Below, piece after piece: positions 1 through 42,992 of a stretch of DNA of 64,000 nt. The notes below the pieces were generated by a model, which worked only from the letters and a program-made list of their open reading frames with translations, was not told the DNA's origin and searched no databases. The position numbers and the translations under genes were made by a program. This DNA is from Felis catus. Its lineage: Eukaryota. Location of the stretch: positions 61,258,001 to 61,322,000 of the forward strand of contig NC_058382.1 of the NCBI RefSeq assembly GCF_018350175.1. The letters run 5' to 3'. Position 1 is the first letter of the stretch; each line of letters starts with the position of its first letter.

Positions 1-816
1 AAACAGCCCACAAATAACTTATTCTTAAAATAGTTTGCTTGTTTAATGAGATACTGTGACATCTTCAAGCAAGATCTTAGGTCAGAGGCCTTAGGATCTT
101 CAGGATTGACACCTGGGACTTTATTCCCCGCTCCATCCAGTTGGAAAGGGCAAAAGTGAAACCTCCCAACTCCTAAAATACATGAAATGGCCTGGTTCCC
201 CCGTGTGCTCGGGGAGGGCCACTTGGCAGCAGCTGTTTCCGCATTTAAATCTACACACGTCCCCAGGGACACACGCCTCGCCCTCCAGACAGCCTGACCT
301 TCTTCAGAGGGCCATCAGGGTAGTCTTACTGGCAGTTCTGTGAGCGTTGTGAAGAAAGATCCAGCTCAGTCATGGCTGTGAGACTCTCTTTCCCCTCCTT
401 TTAAACAGCAGTGGAATTAGCGGACAAGGCCGAGCCTCTGGTGTGATGAGTATTGTGTCCCAGTGGTGGCTGCCGGGAGGCTGCTGCACACGTCACAGCC
501 AGTGTGGCTCGTGTGCTCAGGTTCATTAAAGTGGCTGTGTGTGTGTGGAAGAGGCCATCCTCCAGCAGACTTCCGACGTTTCCTCAGTTTACATGCACGA
601 CTAAGTTTTCTTCCCTGGCTTGCTAACGGCAGTGACGAGACATTCCATAAGTTGAAGTGGCTTTAAATGCCATAAGTAGCAGCTGCCGTACTAAAAATGA
701 GGACCCAACAGCGCTCAATCTCAGCATGTAGGTTTCGGGTGGCTTCTGTTTGGGTTTGGTTATTGGAGAACATACTCTTCTCCCGAGTGCTCCCCCGTAG
801 TGGCAGACCTTGCTAA

Positions 817-28108
<27,292 letters not shown>

Positions 28109-29260
28109 ACCGGCCTCCTGGATTGTGCCTCGACTGTGCCGTGGGGATGCGGCGTCCCCCGCAGACCCAGGAAGGGAACGCCTCACTGAGTGCCCCGCCC
28201 CTGCTGTTCCTCTTTTGCCCAGACTGGTACCCCCTCCCAGCCCTCACTGGTCTCTGAAAAGACTTCTGAGATCTATTTATTGACTGCCCTCCCGGTGAGA
28301 GGTAAACGTTTTTGCAGATGACTTGGCTTTGTTAGTAGATTGTTTTATCCGTGCCGGGTACAGGTGCGCATGGGGTACAGATGGGCATGTAGATCCGAAC
28401 TCCCAGGCCGGTGACCCCGTGACAAGGTGGTTTTGTGTGGGAGCAGCTTGCTCCCGCCAGGAGTTCGTGCGGGGGCTGTCCCAGCTGCTGGGACTTCATC
28501 AGAGCGCTAACAGGACCCCCGAGCCAGCTGCCGCCTGTCCTCCCTCCCGTGGGCCTGTCCTGCTGGCGCGTCCACAGGGTCGGCATCAGGGCCAGGCCCT
28601 GGGCTCTCGGGTGTTAAAATACTGCCACCTACTGCTGTGCAGACCCGGGCACCAGCCTGTCCTGCTGGCCTGGCCTCCACATGAGGGGTAAGCCCTGAGG
28701 CCTGCTGTGGCATTTGTAGTAAGTTCCAGGGGGAGAGTCCATCTTGCGCCACAGGGCCAGCTCTAACCCAGACGTGGGGTCCTGCGTTTCAGTTTAGAAT
28801 GTCAGCCCAAGATAACCAACAGAAGAGCCCTGTTGTAGGAATCTGGGGGAAAGGCCCTGGGACGCCCCCTCATCGCAGCAAGCGATGTCCCCTCGGCCCC
28901 CTCATGCCCAGGGGTGTGCCACACGCACGCCGGTGTCCCCGCCCACTGCTCTCACTGCGCCTGCCCTCCCTGCGCAGCGGTGTTCGGAGCCACGGACTGC
29001 AGGTGCTTCCTGACAGAAGGGGTAGTTCGGTCGCCCATCCCACAGTACGGCCCGAGGGATGCAGTATGTAAGCAGGTGGGGGGTCACACCCGAGGGAGGG
29101 CAGCTCTGAGAGCACTGTGGCCTTTGCCCCAGGTCCCCAAATTCACTTCCAAAGATGGATATGCAGTTAGGAGGGTTCTGGTCTCTTCGCCCCAGGGTGG
29201 CACCCTCCGTACCCTAACCATGGACGGATGTGGTCAAGCTTATCCCCCTCCTACTTTACC

Positions 29261-29266
29261 AATAAA
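29261..29266 (+). terminator. Candidate SPG7 polyadenylation signal AATAAA
   Basis: First canonical AATAAA I found after the SPG7 stop, followed by U-rich ctctttattctct; usage not verified. Confidence 0.4.
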
Positions 29267-29774
29267 TTGGCCCGTGCCTCTTTATTCTCTGGAAAATCGT
29301 TTGCTGACCACAAGATACACAGAAACCAAACGTAAATGGCACAAAAAGCGGCCCCTCCCTGCAGCGGAAGCAGGGGAGCCTGACTTCCTAGCACTCACTG
29401 GTGGGATGGGGGAGGTTCGCTATGCTGACTTAGAGAGGCTCAAGGCATCTGCGACTTTGGACCCCCAAGTGGTCACAAGTGATGTCACCTCCGGGTCATC
29501 AGGTGCTCGAGCGCCAGAAGTCACACCTCCTCTACCATCTCAGGCGGGGACTGAGGCTGCCCCTCAGACTTCCTGTAAAGAGCCTCCTCCAACTGCATGT
29601 TGGTCTGGGGCAGCCAGACCACACGGGGCAACCGGCGTGTTCAACACCCGAGCCGCAGCCCTGACCCTCTGCCCTCCACCCGGCAAAGGGGGTATAACAT
29701 GGCCCGACTGTAGCCTCTGGAACTGGCTTCACCTGAGTCCGGTATGCGAGGTCTCCTCACCAAGAAAAACATGT

Positions 29775-29882
29775 TTTCTTTTGTTTGTTTTTTAGTAATC
29801 TCTACTTCCAATGTGGGGCTCAAATTCACGATCTGCAGATCAAGAGTCGCACGCTCTTACGATTGAGACAGCCAGGCACCCC
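29775..29882 (-). mobile_element. Can-SINE (short)
   Basis: gtaatctctac...tggggctcaaattcac...agatcaagagtcgcacgctc...ccaggcacccc. Confidence 0.85.
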
Positions 29883-30510
29883 GAGAAAGTCACATTTTCA
29901 AAGTAAACGTGTGTTTAACACCATCAGCCTATTAACTTACATCCTTTAACAATACAAATTGTCCTCTGTAATCTACACTTGTACTTGTGATTCTTTTATG
30001 TTCCCTAAAAGCTCACTTTTTGTTGCAGTTAACAGACATACGCATACAATTGGATGTTCGTATGTGCCTCAGGGTGATCACAATGAGCCTAGTTAACACC
30101 TGTCACCACACAGGTATATAATCTGATGAGAACTCTTAAGGTCATACTCTTAGCAGTTTTTAAATAAAACATTTATGATTATGACACTAATATTCTTTCC
30201 ACTGCCTTTCACTGACATCAAGTGTTCCTTCAGGTTTTAGGAACCTCTGTGTTAGCCTATATCTGATTTACGGGTAGGCCACGATTCTGGAAAGCTGAGA
30301 TGATGGATAGTTATGAGTTCTGTGATTAAGCAGCGAACATTAGCCTGTCCTTGCTGTTATTAGGCTGCTGCTTTTCCTAACTCGACCATCAGCCCGTATT
30401 TATATAACGTAACATGCAAATTTTACAAAGTGCTTTGGGATATAACCTCCCCCACTTCCCCAAACACTATAAAATCATCACTTCTGCTATGATATTAACG
30501 TAAAAAATCA

Positions 30511-30688
30511 AGGGGCAGCTGGGTGGCTCAGTCAGTTCAGCGTCCGACTCTTGATGTCAGCTCAAGTCATGATTTCATGGTTCATGGGATTGAGCCCCAC
30601 GTCCTGCTCTGCTCTGAAAGTGCAGAACCGGCATGGGCTTCTCTCTCTCCCTCTCTCTCCAAAATAAATAAACATTAAAAAAAAAAAT
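30511..30688 (+). mobile_element. Can-SINE
   Basis: ggggcagctgggtggctcagtc...(CT)n aaaataaataaacattaaaaaa. Confidence 0.9.
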
Positions 30689-31136
30689 GACCGTGTGTCT
30701 GACAGTGTTCCAAAAACTATCGTTGACAGCCTCAGGTGGAATTTCTCTGAAGCCAACACCCACAGCACCAGCTGGAAGGCACTGGTCAGGTGCAGGTGCT
30801 GAGTGACAAGGCACTGCTGGGAGTAACTGGGGCTCCCTCTTGCAAGGAAATTCTGGGAGGCTGCGCAGAGGACACTCCAACACCGTCAGGCATGTTTATC
30901 CAGGAATCCCTGGCTACCTTATTTATGTGCATGCAGTTCGCAGGGGCATTAGCTGGCTCCTTCAGTGGCCCCTGCAGGCCCAAGCCCAGGGCAAAAGCTC
31001 TGCAGCAGAGACTGGCTGTGGAATTCTGTGCCCAGGGGGACACGGCCTGTCCCTATAGCTGATGATTTTTTAAATGCGTGGGCCAGCCGAGTCTTTGTAT
31101 CAGAAGGATTCCTGCTTAACACTTTAGAACAGTTCG

Positions 31137-31345
31137 GGGCGCCTGGGTGGCTCAGTTGGTTAGGCAGCTGACTTCGGCTCAGGTCATGATCTCGCGGTCC
31201 GTGCGTTCGAGCCCCGCGTCGGGCTCGGTGCTGACAGCTCAGAGCCTGGAGCCTGCTTCAGATTCTGTGTCTCCCCCTCTCTCAGCCCCTCCCGTGCTCA
31301 TGCTCTCTCAATGATAAATTAAAATAAACAACAACAACAACAACA
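31137..31345 (+). mobile_element. Full-length SINEC_Fc-type SINE; tail converted to (CAA)n; flanking AACAGTTC duplication
   Basis: ggggcgcctgggtggctcagttggtt...gacagctcagagcctggagcctgcttcagattctgtgtctc. Confidence 0.95.
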
Positions 31346-33426
31346 CAGTTTATAACAGTTCATTTTCCTCTTTCCCAACAAGAAAGTTGAGCCTATTTCT
31401 AGCAGATTTCCTGTCAGAACCGTTTTTACTTCACTATTCTGCATACTGTTCAAAGGAAGTAAGCGTGTGGAGTCTTCAAGCATGGGATCCTGGAGTCTGC
31501 ATCGGGCATGGTGTGCGCAGCAGACCGAGGTCCTTGAATTACAACTTCGCTTTCTTACTGCCAACTTGATTCTGATCAGTGTCTCTATTTTCTGGCTTCT
31601 AGCCCCCAACCGGTGACCCATGGCAGCACCTCAACCATGAGCGGCTACAGCTCAGGTCAAGATGTGGCTCAGGGCAGACGGAACTGCACGAGTCTGGGGT
31701 CTGTCCGGAAAGAGAAACTGGGGATGGAGATAGGAGTGTGTTTGAGACTAAAAAGAACACGGTATCTGGCCACGACGATCCACTGAAAGGGGTCTGAGAA
31801 AGACCAGGGAGGTGCGGGCTAACATTTGATGGACTACGTTCAAGCAAAATCCGCACGGGCCAAGGCAAGTATGTATTTGGCAGATGTTTCCCCAATGTCC
31901 CTCTGCTGCAGTTATGGGGGTTCACGTTCCAGTTCCACCAGAAAGAAGGGACTTGTGAGGCAGATGATAATCCCTCTCACGGTTTTTGTAAGGACTGATG
32001 GAGGGATCACTTGCTCTCTTCTCTCCCGCACTGGCTCCCAGCACGTCACATGGAAGTGGAGCTGTGTGACATCCGTGACAGCCAGTACATTCACTCACCC
32101 TGTACGGGACACCGCACGATGTGCTGTGGTCTAACACAGACTCTCCTCCCACTTCACAGAAGGGAAAAATTCAAACGATGCCCAACGTCTCAAAACTAGT
32201 ACAAAGGTTCCCAAGCAACTCCAGCCACTTTCTTACTGACTCGCCAGGGACTCTCCAGTTGAGCCCATCTGTTTGTGAAAGTGGCAGACCAAATTTTAAA
32301 CGTCACCTTAACGTCACAGGTAGATACCATTCCCAAGTTCACGAGAAGTACCTTCAGCCTCTCCTGTGCTGACAACAGTCACAAAGTGGGGCTAACACAG
32401 TCCTTGTCTCCTAACTGAGCACCCAGAGCTAGGGTTTGGACTTTCCGTGCAGGCTCAGCGCATTCGTCTCAAGAGACTGCAGGTGCTTCATAAATTACAC
32501 ATGTTCTGTGTCCTTTCTACCTGTTCCGTGTCCCTGGCCAAACCCTGTAATTCCCCAATGAATCTCAACCTGATACTTCTAACACCCAAGGGTGTCTCAA
32601 TAGGGCAGAAAACTGTATCGGCATCACTGTATGTACTCAGTGAAGCACACAGGCCTCCACGTTTCTCATTTTGTGTCATAAAAAATTCTTCGAGTGTTAA
32701 GTTCTGTTAGGAAGAAGCTTAGCGTCTGGGGGGTGGGAAGGAAGGAGAGTTACCAGGCTGTAAAGGCTCACGGAAAGGGACAGGGTGTTGGCGGTTTCCT
32801 AGACTCACCCGGGAGAACGGGAGACGCGCAGGGCACAGGTCACGGAGCTATGTCGGGCTATTTATTGAATACATGTTTTCCATGACGCTCGTCTCTGCAG
32901 GGTCTGCAGTCCGTCACCCGGATTCTTACCCCCCGCCCCCGCCCGACTCGGGGAAGGTACAGCGCTTGTGCCCTGCAGCGTGAAAACGCATGCGAAGTAC
33001 TTACGCTCCAGTTAGAGCACTCAACAAGTGTCACTTCTGGGTAAACAAAGAAGCACAAATGTTTCAAAAAGTTGGAAAGGCACAAAGACGGACGTGGAGG
33101 CGAGGCTTTAGGGTTAGGGGCACGTACCGAGTCCCGTGACGTGCAGGAGCAGGAAAGACTCGGCACCCAAACAGCCGCTGCTCTCCTCTGGCCTGGCCGT
33201 TCCTCCTTGAAGGCCGCGGAGTCCCGCAGGACCCGGCGTCCTCCCAGCACGGCCCGGGACCCAACCCGCGGGAAGCGGGAGGCGCCACGCCCGCCCAGGC
33301 CGCGAGGTCTGCTGGGAGAGCGTGGACGTCACTTCCGGGATCCCGGACTCTGACTGGCCGGAACGCTTCGGCGCTTTTGATTGGCCGAGCCCAACACCAT
33401 CCCAGGGTGCTTTGTGGTAGCAGTTC

Positions 33427-33456
33427 CTTTCCGCTGGCCGTTCTCCTCCGGAGGAG
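33427..33456 (+). other. RPL13: RPL13 non-coding exon 1 (5'TOP)
   Basis: Starts CTTTCCGCT and ends GAGGAG|gtgagt (consensus donor); the next acceptor is at 33658. Confidence 0.85.
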
Positions 33457-33666
33457 GTGAGTGTGCTCGATTCAGGCGCCTTTGGCTGCATCGGGTGGTA
33501 TCCGCCGCCATCGGTGTAGGGCCGCGTCCGGCGCGGCCGCAGAGGGGCCTCGGGCCCCTGCCACAGACGGGAGAGGGCCGTGGCCCGGGTTCTGGGGCCG
33601 GGCGGGCCGCCGCGTCCTGCCGGGGCCTGACTCGCTCCCCTCTCCCGCGGCTCCCCAGGCCCGTAG

Positions 33667-35684
<2,018 letters not shown>

Positions 35685-37859
35685 GCGCCGTTGGCAACTT
35701 GAGATATTTGCGGTCTCCGTGTGACAGCGGTCTCCCGTGAGGGGTGGGGCAAGGACGTGGGGATGTGTGCCCTTGCTGAGGAGACCTGGCAGGGGGTGGC
35801 AGCATCTTTGCAGGGAAGTCCAAAGACCGAACTGCTTTTTTTTAGTTTCAGAGAGCAAATCGCAAGCAGGCTCTGCGCTGTCAGTGTGGGGCCTGACACA
35901 GGCTCAAACTCCTAAACTTTGGTACTTTTTTTTGCAGAGGTGTTATAACGGTTCATTGGCTTCATTGTTAATGAGTATTTTCCAGTTACTTGAGTGTCTC
36001 GGGTCAGACCCTTCCTGGGCCTGTCTGCACTTCTCCTGTGCCCAGTAGCAGCCCCTTCACCCACATTTGCAAGGCATCCAAGCTTTGGTGCAGAAAGTTG
36101 GCCTTTGTCCATCCTGAACACACGTTCGGGCTACTGAGCCTGTATGGCGGCCAAGCGTGCCCTCATGGGCAGGCAGCACTGTCCCCGGACCCTTTGTGAC
36201 AGCATGATGCTTGAGTTCCTTTGAAACTGGAGCTTGGTTTCTCTACGGGTGGGTACTGAGGTCCAGCCCTGAGCTGGTCCCTCGTCCCAGCAGGGCCCAC
36301 TCTGGGGACTGGCACTCAGCAAGTTTTGCTTCAGTGCTCCAGCCTTGTGGGTATAGGTGTCCACAAGCCATGAGAGGTGTGTGTTTCTGTGTCTGGTACT
36401 TGTGCTGCCACCTGAGTGTGTTTGGAACCAGATTTCAGATAGGTTTTCATCTAACAGATGATTTGGAAGGCACTTTACTCCACACCTGAAGTAAGTTTGT
36501 AAGGGGCTGACTTCCATGCTCCTGCACTTGGAGAACCTGTGCCAGGGAAGGGTCAGCTGACGGGTGGGAATTTGAGGCCAAGCCATGTCCTGGACCATCC
36601 TGTGAAGAGGGGATATCCTGGTGGCACGGTTTCCACAGCATTTGTGCAGAGAACCCGGTAAGGAGTGGGATTAAGCTACCCGACCGCAGGTGGCTCTACG
36701 CTTGGGCTGGACCCCAGGCCTCCAGGAAAGTGCACGGCCGTGGCGTCCACCACCCCAGCACCTGTGATCCAACCTTTGGAGTAAGGGGAAGAGACCTTTG
36801 CGTGGCCTTCAGTCACCTCTGGACATACCCTGTCCCCCTTTTGGCATTGTGCTACCAGAATGAAGGGCCTTTCCTGCCCTCAGGAGCCCCTGGGACAGGC
36901 TGGACACCTGAGAAGCCTGGGGTAGGGGACCCGCTTGCTAGGACCCTGTTCACTGGGTCCTCTGCAGCAGCCCTCCTCTGGTTCTGTCACGGTTCTGGGT
37001 CACCTGAACTAAGCAGTTTCCAAGGGTCACTTAGCGCAGTGCCACGAACTTTTGGTGAGCGGGACCGGCCCCACCCCTGCAGGTAAGCTACGCGAGCTGT
37101 CTGGTGAAGCCAGGCGGGAAGTAAGCCGGATCCTAGGACTTGGGGCTCCTGAGCCCCACCAAAGGGGCTTCTGAAGGTGCCGGGCCCAGCTGGTTCTCCC
37201 CCCTGCTTGATGCGCTAAACTCCCTGACCTGCAGTTGTGAGGACTTCTTTCCTCTGCGGTCTGGAATGCTCTTGGTGGGTTCGAAGATTTTTACATCACC
37301 CAGGACTTGGGTGAGTCTGGTACCAGAGGTGATTATGGATGGGACAGCCCAGCTGGTGTCCCCTCCGAACTGTGGCCCCGTCTGGGGAGAAAGGGGCCCC
37401 CGCCCAGCCTTTCCCGAGGCTGAGGAAGGATCCCTGCGAGGTGGAGCTGGGAGCCTGGAGGGCAGGCGGTGCCAACCAGCCTGGAAAGCCGAAGTTGTGC
37501 TGGACTGGTGGTGGAACCCTGGTGCCTGTGACCCGGTAGCTGGGGAACGACCGGGTGAGAGTGAGCTCACGCGCGTGGTAGGCACCGCAAGGAGGCTGGA
37601 AGGACGTCCCCCGCGACTGGTCCCTGTGTGTCCGTCGGCTCCAAGGCAGCCCTCGCCACGGCCAGGGTGACGGGGTCCTCTGTCAACTGGCCGTCCCCTG
37701 GCATTCCGGCTCCTGGAGGGTTTCGCCTGGAGTGTGTGCGGAACTGCCCTGGACAGATGGCTCCTCACTCGGCTGTGTGTCTGGTGGGGCAGCAGAGGCG
37801 TGAGGCCACAGAGCAACAAGAAAACGGGGCCTCCGTCCTCTCTCTGGTGAGCAACTGAA

Positions 37860-37992
37860 TTTTTCCAGCAAGCACGGCCTCTGATGAGGTGCCCCAGAGC
37901 AGAGAACCGGCTGTGCTCTGCCCTCCCCCGTGTGTGGTTTTAGCCACTGTGTGTGGTCGTTTGATGCGCAGCGTAGGAAACTAACCCTGTAC
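37860..37992 (+). mobile_element. MLT1-type LTR 3' end remnant
   Basis: gtgtggttttagccactgtgtgtggtcgtttgatgcgcagcgtaggaaactaacc resembles the MLT1 terminus. Confidence 0.6.
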
Positions 37993-38299
37993 AGGGCAGA
38001 TTCCTTCACCCCTTTCTACACCCGGGTAACGTTCCACCAGCTGGTGCGCTCCGGGACACCCGAGCGGGGGTCCGACACGGAGTTCGGCTCATCAGGCCGG
38101 TCGTGTGTGGGGTGCAAGTGCATTTTGAGGTCAGATTCCCAAAGTAGGTTCACGGGTGTCACTAGCTATGGCCATGGCGGCCCACAGGGGTGCCTGGGCT
38201 CCTGCCACCCACCAGATGGTCCGTGTCACACGTGTACCTCTTTGCCAGTTTTCGGATAAGCATTGTTCTGATAGAAGTTGCAAAGGTTTTTTTCTCAAA

Positions 38300-39575
38300 G
38301 TATTACTTGTTTTCTTTTTATTTTTTAAGCAGTTTTTTTTTTTTTATTTTTTTATTTATACTTCTTTTTGAGAGAGAAAGAGCGAGGGTCCTAAGAGGGC
38401 TCTGCACTGACAGCAGTGAGCCTGAGGCGGGACTCAAAGTCACGAGCTGTGAGATCATGACCTGAGCCGAGGTCAGACGTTTAACTGACACCCAGGCGCC
38501 CTATCCTGTAGTTGCTTTGTTAAAATATCTACAATTGTGGTGTTTTAAGGAAGAATTAAGATTAACACTAATTTCCACTTGCTTGAAACTGTTGTAATTT
38601 AGGGGAAAGACTACAGTTGTTTTAGGTTATTTAGGCTTTTTGCCACTTAACTCAGTTCAAGCCAGAGAGTAGAAGGAGGTAAGTGCACGTGCAAAGGGCT
38701 CTGGGTTCTTTTCTCTACTTTTTTTGTGTCTCACACATTACTTTTTATTTACAGATACTTACATTCATCATGTTTTCTTTTATTGTTTCTGGATGTTCGC
38801 TTTTTTTTCTTTTCTAAGTTACAGAAAATATGCTCTTTGTTAAAAAAAAAAAAAAATCCAGAAAAGAGAAGAGAATAAACCAAAGTGAAGGGTCCCCTGA
38901 ATCACCCCCACCCTCCAAGCACCTAGAACAGCTTCTGCATCTACCCAGAGTGGTTTCCGTGAAGTTATATTCTGGTATAAACAGCTGCCCCTTTTGTTTT
39001 CATAAAAGCAAATGGGAGGGGTGCCCGGCTGGCACAGCTGGAAGAGCGTGCCACCCTTGATCTCGAGGTTTGTGGGTTCAAGCCCCACACTGGGTGCAAA
39101 GATCACTTAAATATTTTTTTGACAGCAAATGGAGTCACACTGTGTACGCTGCTCCGTATCATTCCAGCCTGTAGAGGACCCCTGAAGGGGTTTTATTTAA
39201 ACAGGCCTCTATAGGTGAGGAGCCCTGGAATGCTGCTGTTAACTTGCATTTATTATTTGTGAAGCTCAGCCTCTTCTCATATTTGCTGGCAAATTATCTT
39301 TTTGTGTGTGTGTGTGGTTCCTCTGTTACATTCTTTGTCCATTTTTCTATTGTGATGTCTTTTTCTTGAGTTGTAGCAGCTCTTTGCATATTAAGGAAAT
39401 TTGCCTTCTGTCATATGTTGACGATTTTTCTTCTAGTTTATTCTTTTCCTTTTGAGTCTTGCTTACATCTTTTTTTTTTTTTTTTTTTTTAAGTCATTGC
39501 TACACTCAACGTGGGGCTCCTATGACCTTGTGATCAAGTCTTGGGTGCTCTACCAACTGAGCCAGCCAGGCTCCC
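38300..39575. mobile_element. Can-SINEs 38300-38500 (-), 39017-39111 (+), 39470-39575 (-) within AT-rich old L1 remnants
   Basis: SINE ends; ctctgttacattctttgtccatttttctattg is L1-like. Confidence 0.75.
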
Positions 39576-41849
39576 TGAGCCTTATATGTTGAGTATGGTC
39601 TGGAGGGGGGATGGAGCGCTGTCTTTTAGGAGACAGTGTGCTGTAGTAGGAATACCACAGCCTGGCCTCTGTAGTAGACATTGCTTATTCTTTTTTTTTT
39701 GGCTTTTCAGCATCAGAACTCACGTTGGGAGCTTCTTTGAGTCCCGTGAGAAGCAGAACCCGCCTCTTTTGTAGGAGCTCAAGGCACCTACTCTCTGCCC
39801 TGCTTCCTGGCCCGCTTCCTGGTCACATGGCCAGGCTCCACACTTCGCAGACTGGTCCCCTGTCCCCAGCCAGGGCACATCCTTGGTGATGCAACCTCAC
39901 CGTCCTCTCCGTGGTCTTGGGGTGCCCCCCACCAATCCCAGGGCTTCCCCAGTGTTTGGCTCCCTCAGCTGGAATCTGTTTCCAGTTGCTTGGAACTAGA
40001 CCAGATATACTGAGCACGCGGACCCGGGTCTGGCTCTGGGCCTGCCTGGCACTGACCATCCAGGAGGCTTTCACTCGACATGCACCGAGTGCTGACCACA
40101 GATGGGGCACCGCGTTAGGGGAGGGAATCAGGCTGCAGGATGTAAGCAGAGCCCAATGATGGGGTAGGCACTGGGCAGCAGATCATTGGAGGGGCCGGGG
40201 ACGGTGGAAAGTGAGGTGGAGGAAATTATTGAAGGACAAGGAGATGAAGGGGGAACAGGCATTCATTCACTCCGGTATTTATTCGGCACCTACTGTGTGC
40301 CAGGCGTCGCCCCGGTTGCAGGGACTATGTGTATCTGCCTTGTCTTTGTGGGGTTTTCATTCTGAAGGGTCCCCAGACACCAGCTCTGGCAGGCCCGCTC
40401 TGTCTGCTTCCTGCAGTGTTCTGGACACACGTCTGTCACGGGTCAGTGGCGAGACGGTCAGAGCCCCCTGCCATCAGGTGCCTGTGGCTCCTTGCCCCCC
40501 CCCCCCCCCCCCCCCCCCAGTGTGTCTTCTCTAAGTGGTCCTGGGGCGGAGCAGGGAGTGCACAGCACGTGTTGAACGCCCCCTGCAGGCCAGGCCCTGG
40601 GGCTGCCACCGTGAGTGAGCCACAAGACCCCTCTTCACAGGTAAACCGGAACAGAAAGTGGAAGCACAGGGTGGGGCGGCTGCCTTGGCTCCAGAGAGGA
40701 AGACCGGCCACCCGGTGCCAGGCTGCAGGGGGACAGGTGGCCTGGGGCCTACAGAAGGGCCGTCAGCCTAGGAAGGGAAGGCTGGCCTGCCTTGCAGAGT
40801 CTTCCCCAGACCTACCCTTCCCGGTGGGGGTCCGAGTGCCCCCCCCCCCCCGGGACATCCACCTTCTCACGGCTGCTCCTCCAGAGCGCTAAGGTCCGGG
40901 ACACATGAGAGGGGTCTTGGTGACAGGCATCTGATCGCTGCCAGAAGGCCATATGGGGCTGTGGGAAAGGTGTGTGTTAGCCCTGGCTCCCCACTCTCCC
41001 CTGCAGAGCCTTAGCTGGGGCCCCTCGTTTTCAAGCCTCAGTTTCCACAGCTGCAGAGGGACCCTGATTCCAGAGTGCTGGGGCAGACAGAATGCGGCAT
41101 AGCTCCTGCCCTTCTGGAAACTTCCCCAGAAAGGGGGATGCTTTCTGGGGAGGAGGAGGCAAAACTGGGTCACTGATGAAAGGTCTGGGGATGGAGGCAG
41201 TGTCAAAGCACCACCCAGGCGGCTCTTACCGAGAATATCATCAAAAGCTCCGGATGAGTCAGGTGAGAAGAAAACCAGGGCGTCCGTCAGTCGGAGATGC
41301 CAGCCCCGTGGACGCTGCACCTGCCTGCCGCCCTGACCCACACCACCGTCACCCCCCCCCCCCCGGGGACCCTGTGGGCAGCTGTGTCCTCGTGGTCTGC
41401 CTGTTCCGGCCCTGGTCCTGTGGTCCCCGCCAGCTGACGTCCACGTCCTGGTCTGATACCGTCCCTGAAGTGTGTACCTGGACCCAGCAGCTTGCCACTA
41501 CTTGAACAGAGCACAAGTGGAGGGCACCAGGCTGAGACAAGGTTACCGTGGCTCCTTGTGGCTCCTGTGTCAACCGCCTCCCTCCCCCTCGGATAACTAG
41601 CCCTGGGGAAGCAGGCCGCTGGGGTCCCCGGGGCAAGCCCCGAGCACGGGAGGCCTCCTAGGTCAGGGGAACCCAAGGAAGGGACAGCTGGTTCTGGCTC
41701 ACCTCTGGCCTGTGGCCCTGGCCGTGGCAGGCGCTCTGTACCCTCACAGTCGCCTGTGACCTCCCAGGGGGTGAGGGAACAGCAAAGCCCCTGAGACACA
41801 CTGGGGGGCCAGGATGGGCCAAGGAAGGCGAGGTACTAGGTTCTGAGTG

Positions 41850-41975
41850 GCGTTGCGGGGTCCAGTTAGAATCCCAGCTCTGCCCCCGCTGTGTGACCTC
41901 AGGCAAGGCATCACCCACTCTGAGCCGTGGTCTTCTCATTGACAAAACAGGCGATACCACCTGCCTGGCAGGGGC
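41850..41975 (+). mobile_element. MIR
   Basis: gaatcccagctctgcc..ctgtgtgacctcaggcaagg..actctgagcc..ttctcattgacaaaacagg core; another MIR lies at about 48590-48690. Confidence 0.75.
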
Positions 41976-42992
41976 TTGGGGCAGGAGGGGATGGCAGCCA
42001 GGGACTGAATGTGGGAAGTCACCAAGATAAGGGACACAGTGTCCTTGGAGGAGAAGGGACCTGTCAGGGCTCCTTGTGTCTGAATGTGTTTGCGCTCAGG
42101 CATGTCTGTGTGTCCATGTCACGTGCACGTCTGCACGCATTTGATGCGTGTGTGCGCTTGGTCAGTGAACGCACGTGTGCGTTTGACGTGTACGTGTGCC
42201 TGGCCCGTTGTGTGCCCGTGTGATCCACGTGTGTTGTGTCTGTGTGGGGTGTGCACGCGCGTGTGGGGTGAGGGAGGGAAGTCCCATCAGTCCTGCCTCA
42301 GTCCCGGCTCTCCGATGCTGTCATGACAACGTGGCTGTAGGACCACAGATTGCGTGTTGTCCCAGCCGGGTGGGCCCTCTGGGTGCGACTGTCTGATTTC
42401 TAAAGTAAGACACGTGCCAAATCTTGTAGGAAAACAATCTGATCGAGACAGGTTGCAGATGTTCTGAGATAAAATAGCATTTCTCAGGAGGAAAGAAACA
42501 AAGGAAGAGAGTACGTTTGCAACCAGCTTATCAAAGGAAGAACCCAGACAGCCATATGTAGCCTGTTCCCTTTCTGGAAATCCTGTGGATCCCCCCACCC
42601 CACCCCTGCCTATAGTTTCTACAGTCAACAAGCGTTCCCATACAACCTCTTGGCTTGTGGGGCGGTGGCCTGCGGTGGCCCGCGTCCTCCGCCTGATGAG
42701 GAGCAGGGCCGGGGGCGGGGTGGGGGTGGGGGGGCAGGTGCGCATACCTGCAAGGACGTGCCCTGAGCTAGCACGCCTCTCACACACAGCCTGGAGGTGA
42801 CTCTGCTCTTGTCCCACTTTCCAGGTGATCCTGGAGGCATGAGTGGTTCTGGAACTTGCTCGAGTTCAATGCTGTGGGACAAGGGCCAGGAGCTCGGGGA
42901 AGCCTGCTGGAGTCGGCTGGTGGAGAGCACGGTGGCCTGAAACGCCAGTCGTCCAAAGCAAGGATTCTTTGGAAGCGTCAAAAGAACCAAAT

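Noticed and set aside
28914..29795. 293-aa + strand ORF downstream of SPG7
   Set aside because: GTG start, no recognisable domain, runs across the candidate poly(A) signal and ends in a SINE tail; most likely chance.
31137..31215. tRNA-like A/B boxes
   Set aside because: Part of tRNA-derived Can-SINE heads followed by (CT)n and an A tail; not tRNA genes.
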